64,000 nt of DNA from Candidatus Pelethousia sp. (GTDB taxonomy: Bacteria; Bacillota; Clostridia; Christensenellales; CAG-138). The translations under genes and the position numbers were made by a program. Within the stretch, counting starts at the first letter, position 1. Each line of letters begins with the position of its first letter. The notes beneath the pieces were generated by a model that saw nothing but the letters and a program-made list of their open reading frames with translations, was not told the origin of the DNA and searched no databases. The stretch is from NCBI GenBank assembly GCA_034933245.1, contig JAYFNX010000004.1, forward strand, positions 9,684 to 73,683. The letters run 5' to 3'. Shown piece after piece: positions 58,350-64,000 of the stretch.

Positions 58350-58737
58350 GCCGAAGGTTGCCTTTATTTGCGTACATAACGCCTGTCGCAGCCAGATCGC
58401 CGAGGCGTTGGGCAGGCGTTATGCCGCCGACATTTTTGAAAGCTATTCTGCGGGCACGGAAATAAAAGACCGCATAAACCCGGATGCGGTTCGTCTCATG
58501 AAGCAGTTTTATGGGATTGACATGGAAGAAACCCAACGCCCCAAACTGCTTGCGTCTATACCGCCTGTAGAGGTGGTCATTACGATGGGTTGCAACGTTG
58601 CTTGCCCCTATGTGCCGTGCAAACGCCGAGAGGACTGGGGGCTGCCGGACCCAACCGGCCATAGCGACCAGGAATTTCTGGCAGTAATTCGCACGATCGA
58701 AGCGAAAATAAAAGAACTGGCAGCATCATGCAGCTAG
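58342..58737 (+). CDS. arsC: Arsenate reductase (LMW-PTP fold)
   Basis: FICVHNACRSQ, ITMGC..ACP and WGLPDP motifs. Confidence 0.92.
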   Translation: MNKPKVAFICVHNACRSQIAEALGRRYAADIFESYSAGTEIKDRINPDAVRLMKQFYGIDMEETQRPKLLASIPPVEVVITMGCNVACPYVPCKRREDWGLPDPTGHSDQEFLAVIRTIEAKIKELAASCS

Positions 58738-59002
58738 AGAAAGCATCCTACCCTTTGCATACAAAGGGCGGGCTGGCCCACGTAGGTTGCACGCATAAAA
58801 ACATAAGATAAGCGCTTAATGATCCCAACTTGGCGTATACGCTTATGCAAGAGCCCGATGCCTTTCGCCGAAATAGGCCCGTTTTGGTCCAGCGGCACCC
58901 CACCCAATTCCCGGATGCAAATTTCAAAAATATCACTACACGAGAAGCCAGACTATATTATAATGATATTGAAAAACAGTTTGCTAAGGGAAATTAAATG
59001 AA

Positions 59003-60340
59003 ATGACAGAAATTTATATCCTGGGCGCCTGTGCGGCGGCGCTGCTGCTCTGCGTTATCGCAAAGTTTTCTATTCTTTATGCCCTTGGGTTTGGCTATTT
59101 TTTGTTCTTCGCTTATGGATTATGGAAAAAACAATCGGTTCTCCAAATGCTAAAGTTATCCCTTCGTGGAATTCTTACCGTGAAAAATATCCTTGTAACC
59201 TTTGTGCTGATCGGTGTGATTACCGCAGTGTGGCGGGTGGGGGGGACGATACCGTTTATCGTATACTATGCGACAAAGGCTTTTTCTCCCGCCGGCATGG
59301 TTCTGATCACGTTTCTTCTGTGCTGCCTGCTTTCGGTACTCACCGGTACGGCCCTTGGAACCGCCGCCACAGTCGGCATAATTTGTATGACTGTGGCAAA
59401 CAGCATGGGCATACCCCCATGGTATGCAGGAGGCGCCATCCTCGCAGGCATTTACTTTGGGGATCGCTGCTCACCCTTATCTACAAGCGCCCTGCTGGTC
59501 GCAGAACTGACCGGTACCAAGATATTTGACAACCTTTCGAATATGGTAAAAACGTCGGTTGTTCCGTTCTTCGTAACTTGCCTCTTGTATCTTTTCATGG
59601 GGGTGTTCTGTAAAACAGGAGCGGGGACGGTGAACATACAGGCCGCTTTTGCGAATTACTTTGACCTGAATCCCATCGTGCTGGTTCCGGCTGGAATGAT
59701 TGTGGTGCTTTCCCTGTGCAGGCTAAATGTAAAGATTACCATGGGCAGCAGTATCCTTGCGGCTGCAGTGATAACCTTGCGCGTGCAGCATGTTATGCCG
59801 GCGGAATTGCTCCGGGTAGCCATATGGGGATACCATCCGGAAAATGCAGAGCTTGCCGCCCTTCTTAGCGGCGGCGGAGTTCTATCCATGGCAAAAGTGT
59901 TCGCCATTGTATGCTTGTCCGCTTGCTATGCCGGCATGTTCAACGGCACGGGGTTTCTGGATGGAATAAAAGCGAACATCGATTCCCTAAGCAAAAAGGC
60001 CACATCTTTTGGGGCTGTTCTGCTAACCGCATTTGTAACGGGGTTGATTGCCTGCAACCAGACTTTGGCAATTATGCTCACCCACCAACTCTGCAAAGAT
60101 GTTGAAAAAAATAAAGAAGCGCTGGCTTTATATTTAGAAGACAGCGCCGTAGTTGTTGCGCCGTTAATTCCATGGTCCGTTGCCTGCGCCGTTCCATTGG
60201 CATCGGTTGGGGCACCTTCTTCCTCCGTTCTGCTGGCGTTCTATCTCTATTTGCTGCCGCTTTGGGGTTTGTTTTGCGCCATGCATCCTAAGGCGCGCTT
60301 CCCCGGCTGCCTTGCGAAACAATCAGGACGCTGCAAATAA
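59003..60340 (+). CDS. NhaC-family Na+/H+ antiporter-like transporter
   Basis: GTIPFIVYY, GIYFGDRCSPLS, CNQT and PLIPW motifs. Confidence 0.85.
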   Translation: MTEIYILGACAAALLLCVIAKFSILYALGFGYFLFFAYGLWKKQSVLQMLKLSLRGILTVKNILVTFVLIGVITAVWRVGGTIPFIVYYATKAFSPAGMVLITFLLCCLLSVLTGTALGTAATVGIICMTVANSMGIPPWYAGGAILAGIYFGDRCSPLSTSALLVAELTGTKIFDNLSNMVKTSVVPFFVTCLLYLFMGVFCKTGAGTVNIQAAFANYFDLNPIVLVPAGMIVVLSLCRLNVKITMGSSILAAAVITLRVQHVMPAELLRVAIWGYHPENAELAALLSGGGVLSMAKVFAIVCLSACYAGMFNGTGFLDGIKANIDSLSKKATSFGAVLLTAFVTGLIACNQTLAIMLTHQLCKDVEKNKEALALYLEDSAVVVAPLIPWSVACAVPLASVGAPSSSVLLAFYLYLLPLWGLFCAMHPKARFPGCLAKQSGRCK

Positions 60341-60345
60341 CGGGG

Positions 60346-61164
60346 TCAAACCATGTTGCCCAATACGGAGGAAGGTGACGCGGCGCTTTGCGCTTCTTCA
60401 GCAACCAAAACTTCGATCCCTGCGCCGCGGTACTTCACCAGGTCCTCCGGCGAAATTTTAGAATCGGTAATAATGGTGTGAATCTCATCCACATTGGCGA
60501 TGCGCGTAAAGGCCGTGTGGTTGAACTTGGAGGAATCCACCAGGCAGACTACCTGGTTGGACGCAGCCATGAAGGCCCGTTTCGTGGAACGATCGCCGTA
60601 ATAGTAAATCATCAGGCCATTTTCGAGATCGATGGTGCTAAGCCCCATGAAGTACTTATTTACGCGGTATTTTTTGATAAATTGGATGGCGTCTTCCCCG
60701 TTAATGACAAAAGATTCCCCATCCCGCTTAAGAGAGCCGCCAATCACATAGAGGGATACGTTGGTTTTATACATCAACTCGTTGACGATGAGGATATCAT
60801 TGGTCAAAACGGTAATACGGAAATCTCCCAGCAATTTAGCCAAGGCCAGGGTGGTGCTCCCATCATCCAATAAAATTACATCGTTTTCCTTGAGGAGGCT
60901 TTTCGCCTTGCCCGCAATCATGGCCTTTTCATGAAGGCAGCGGTTCCGAAACCCCATATTGGTTAACGGTGCGGTGGAGGGCTGCTCCAATTGCATGGCG
61001 CCCCCGTGAATGCGCCGGAGCATATTGGCTTTTTCAAGCAGCTCCAAATCCAGACGGATGGTTTTCTCCGTTACTCCCAAGCTGGCGCTCAAATCTTTCA
61101 CGGAGACAACGGTCTCCTTTTTTAATAAATTCATGATCATTTCCAACCGCTTTCTGGCAATCAT
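60346..61164 (-). CDS. DeoR/GlpR-family regulator
   Basis: VTEKTIRLDL...RIHGGA HTH, LDDGSTT and DSSKF motifs. Confidence 0.93.
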   Translation of the reverse strand: MIARKRLEMIMNLLKKETVVSVKDLSASLGVTEKTIRLDLELLEKANMLRRIHGGAMQLEQPSTAPLTNMGFRNRCLHEKAMIAGKAKSLLKENDVILLDDGSTTLALAKLLGDFRITVLTNDILIVNELMYKTNVSLYVIGGSLKRDGESFVINGEDAIQFIKKYRVNKYFMGLSTIDLENGLMIYYYGDRSTKRAFMAASNQVVCLVDSSKFNHTAFTRIANVDEIHTIITDSKISPEDLVKYRGAGIEVLVAEEAQSAASPSSVLGNMV

Positions 61165-61337
61165 AAAAAATATCCTCCCATTTATTAAAAAAAGTATAGC
61201 ACAGCCAAAGTCGCTTTTCAACGCAAAATGTTCGAAAAGGGACAAAAACAACCGGCGCCGAAGCATGAATGTTCGGTTGCCTTATATATATGCAAAAACA
61301 CAGAAAAATAGAGGAAAAAACCTTATAAATATTAGGG

Positions 61338-61436
61338 TTGACAGTGCGGAAGCGTTTGAATTATAATGCGAATCAAGGGAACACGAACATAAAAGCCCCA
61401 CGTAAAGAACAAAAGAGAACATAAAACGAATAAAAA
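61338..61436 (+). promoter_or_regulatory. SigmaA promoter with GAACA(T/A)AA direct repeats (candidate DeoR sites)
   Basis: TTGACA-N18-TATAAT. GAACATAAAA at 61385 and 61417, GAACAAAAGA at 61407, GAATAAAAA at 61428. Confidence 0.6.
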
Positions 61437-61560
61437 GTTGACATTAACGGCGGCCGTATGCGCTGCCTTCCTATTACAAACATTACTGATGCTGTATTAA
61501 ACCTTGTGTGCGCAAAGTCTGGTTGCACAGCAGGGATACATAAAACCTGGAGGAAAGAAA

Positions 61561-62577
61561 ATGAACGGATTCATTGAGGAAGTTTCCACCCAAGGTAAGT
61601 TGATGAAAGATGGGATCCAATACTACCGGGGTGAAGGGCGCAGGGCTATTGAAACCATTGCGGCAGCATACAAAGAGCGGGGATGCAACCAAATTATACT
61701 TTCGGGCATGGGCAGTTCGCTTTACGCAATGGATGCCGTACGGGGATATCTCACGGGGAAAGGAATCAAAACGCTGGCTTTCAGCGCTTTCGAACTTTCC
61801 AGGTTTCAGTTTAACCATATAGATGAAAAGACCATGCTGGTGGCCATATCCCAATCTGGAAAATCCATGGAAGTAATTGAACTGGTGGAAAAGGCCCGCC
61901 CAATCGCCACGGTGGTAGGCATCTACAATATGGAAGGTTGCCCCTTAAGCCAAATGGCGGAATTCACGTTGCCGATTCGTGCCAATAAGGAAATCTCCAT
62001 CACCAGCAAGACTTTCGAGCTTACCATGCTCATTCTCAACGTGCTGGCCCATACCCTTACCGGCGAACTTACCGAAGCGTTTTGGAAAGAGCTGGATGCT
62101 GTGGCGGCGTGGTCCTGCGACTGGCTTGCCAACTGGGAGAAAAATTCCAAGCCCCTGTATGATTTTGCCCAGGGAACGCTTCTATTTGATTTGTTGGCGA
62201 ACAACGCCTCGCTAGCTACGGCCCGGCAGCTTTCATTGGCCTACCGGGAAGGCCTGCATAATTGCACCGCCGTATGGGAATGCGCGGATTATGCCCACGG
62301 CCAATTTCACAGTTCCAAGCTGGGCGATCAATATCTTGCCCAAATGTTTTTCCCGGTATTTGCGGATGGAACCAAAGAAATGAAGATGTACCAATATATT
62401 CTGGATCATGGCGGGCGGGTAATGCTTTACACGACCTCGGATGTTCCGGCAAGGGATCGGACCATGGTGGTTCGGCTTCCCAAATTCAGGGAATCCCTTA
62501 TGCCTATGGTAGAAAGCATTGCGGCTGAAACGTTCTTGGGAATGCTGTTTGGTCCGGATTGGATAAAGGACCACTAA
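61561..62577 (+). CDS. SIS-domain protein (GlmS-isomerase/FrlB/AgaS-like)
   Basis: GMGSS, ISQSGKS, TSKTF, REGL and YAHG motifs; no glutaminase domain. GGAGG RBS. Confidence 0.85.
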   Translation: MNGFIEEVSTQGKLMKDGIQYYRGEGRRAIETIAAAYKERGCNQIILSGMGSSLYAMDAVRGYLTGKGIKTLAFSAFELSRFQFNHIDEKTMLVAISQSGKSMEVIELVEKARPIATVVGIYNMEGCPLSQMAEFTLPIRANKEISITSKTFELTMLILNVLAHTLTGELTEAFWKELDAVAAWSCDWLANWEKNSKPLYDFAQGTLLFDLLANNASLATARQLSLAYREGLHNCTAVWECADYAHGQFHSSKLGDQYLAQMFFPVFADGTKEMKMYQYILDHGGRVMLYTTSDVPARDRTMVVRLPKFRESLMPMVESIAAETFLGMLFGPDWIKDH

Positions 62578-62595
62578 GGGAAAGGAGCGAGCAAT

Positions 62596-63318
62596 ATGAT
62601 CATCGATGTTTCCAATACGATCGGCAGGCATAAGATTAAGCCCGAAATTACAGCAGAGAGCCTTTTGGCCCAGATGGATGCGGATGGCATTGATATGGCC
62701 GTAGTGAACTGCTATGCCGAATGTATCGATAACGAGTCCGTCCAGAAGGCCTTTGAAGCCCACCCCGACCGTTTTATCGGCCTCTACACCGTGAACCCTT
62801 GGCAAAAGGGTGCGGCGGCAGAACTGGAAGACGCCATTGCCGAACGCGGATTTAAGGGATTATATATGAACCCGTTGCGGCATGGCTATATGCTCTGCGA
62901 ACATGCGGTATTCTATCCCCTTTTGGAGGTTTGCCAAAAATATGGCGCCCCTGTTTGGTGCTACGGAGCGGCGGAAGTGTTCACAAGCCCCATTTTCTTT
63001 GATCAAATTGCGGCGGACTTTCCACAGGTGAACATCATTATGGGGCGGATGGGCCTTCAGTATGATAATGCGAGCGCCGTGGCCATTGCCAAGCGACGCA
63101 CCAACATCTATCTGGAGACGTCCTCCAGCATGGATTTTAACGCGCACCGTGCGATTAAAACGGTTGGGATAGAGCGGGTCCTTTTAGGAACCGGAACGCC
63201 GGAGGCCGGGTATTTTTCCTTGGAGCTTCAGAAGGCGCGCAATGCTGCCAAGGGTTATGAAAACGGCGAAGCTAAAATCTTAGGGGAAAACGCAGCCCGG
63301 ATTTTCCATATTCAATAA
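62596..63318 (+). CDS. Amidohydrolase_2-fold protein lacking metal ligands
   Basis: LLAQMDADGID, HPDRFIG..VNP, FKGL and NIYLETS give the fold. DVSNT, WCYG, GRMG and GTGTP replace the His/Asp ligand motifs. Confidence 0.8.
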   Translation: MIIDVSNTIGRHKIKPEITAESLLAQMDADGIDMAVVNCYAECIDNESVQKAFEAHPDRFIGLYTVNPWQKGAAAELEDAIAERGFKGLYMNPLRHGYMLCEHAVFYPLLEVCQKYGAPVWCYGAAEVFTSPIFFDQIAADFPQVNIIMGRMGLQYDNASAVAIAKRRTNIYLETSSSMDFNAHRAIKTVGIERVLLGTGTPEAGYFSLELQKARNAAKGYENGEAKILGENAARIFHIQ

Positions 63319-63342
63319 GCGTGCAAGCAGGAGGTGTGACGG

Positions 63343-64000
63343 ATGATCGTCGATATGTTGGCCCATATAGGCATCAAAAAGGGCGAAAATTATAAAGTGG
63401 AATCCCTTCTGGAGATCATGGATAAGACCGGCGTGGAAAAGTGCATGATATGCTCCCAGTTGGAGACGGTGGATAACGATTATATTTACGATTGCTGCAA
63501 ACGGTATCCGGACAGGGTGGTCGGTTTTGCCGTCATCAATCCATGGGATATAGACGGCGAGGCGGAAGTGGAGAAGTGCTTCCGGGATTATGGCTTCTAT
63601 GGCCTCAAGATGAACGCCATCCGATTTGGTTATAGCGCGGACAGGCACAGTATTCTGGACCCTTATTTTAACCTGTGCAAAGCATATGGCAAATGCGTGG
63701 TGGCCCATGGCCAGTCCGACATGTTTTCCATTCCGGACAAATGGGGGGAAATGGCCAGAACCTATCCCACGGTTCCGGTGGTTCTCTACCATATGGGCGT
63801 GCCCCTCATGTATGAGCGGGCTTGTGAACTGGCGCGGGATATTCCCAATTTCTATCTGAGCACCTGCGGCGCTTATGTGCCGGTGATGCGCATGGCCTAT
63901 GAGGTAGCGGGCCCGGAAAAGATCCTGTTCTCTTCGGATGCACCCTTTGGGGATATGGGCCAGGAGATTGCAAAAGTGCAATACATTGCGGGTTCCCCGG
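63343..64000 (+). CDS. Amidohydrolase_2-family protein (3'-truncated by window edge)
   Basis: Manual translation, absent from the ORF track: MIVDMLAHIG...YPDRVVGFAVINPW...VAHG...LYHMG...ILFSSDAPFG. GGAGGTG RBS. Confidence 0.85.
   Translation, partial: MIVDMLAHIGIKKGENYKVESLLEIMDKTGVEKCMICSQLETVDNDYIYDCCKRYPDRVVGFAVINPWDIDGEAEVEKCFRDYGFYGLKMNAIRFGYSADRHSILDPYFNLCKAYGKCVVAHGQSDMFSIPDKWGEMARTYPTVPVVLYHMGVPLMYERACELARDIPNFYLSTCGAYVPVMRMAYEVAGPEKILFSSDAPFGDMGQEIAKVQYIAGSP

Overview
Chromosomal window from a moderately GC-rich Clostridia-type bacterium (Firmicutes; TPP riboswitch, CIRCE box, sigmaA promoters, sortase-type anchor). From left to right it contains: (1) a purine uptake and catabolism operon with nucleoside ABC transporter, an unexplained lipoprotein, xdhABC, a nucleoside/guanine deaminase and ade; (2) a decayed integrative-element junction that the ORF track misses, made of a degenerate 3' tRNA-Ser(GCT) fragment, a terminator, a frameshifted tyrosine-integrase C-terminus and frameshifted PadR and methyltransferase genes; (3) mixed accessory genes: ABC-F, DUF4317, a stand-alone Hint-domain protein lacking its catalytic residues, buk, CIRCE-controlled hsp20, an esterase/acyltransferase/membrane trio, an AT-rich GGDEF plus nuclease-like pair, and an IS3 stub; (4) a TPP-riboswitch thiM-thiE-HAD-thiD-cytX operon; (5) TetR, ECF sigma/RsgI-like and LytTR two-component modules, plus a dual-HTH regulator next to a 1334-aa Gly-repeat surface protein; (6) a GntR-linked TRAP + ornithine-cyclodeaminase-family + divergent Fe-S desulfidase/dehydratase cluster; (7) an ars operon, an NhaC-family gene, and a DeoR-linked SIS + paired amidohydrolase cluster running off the right end. 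The best candidates for undescribed biology are the TRAP/OCD/desulfidase pathway, the SIS + pseudo-amidohydrolase/amidohydrolase pair and the dead Hint protein. All family calls are from motif recognition by eye; no database search was run.
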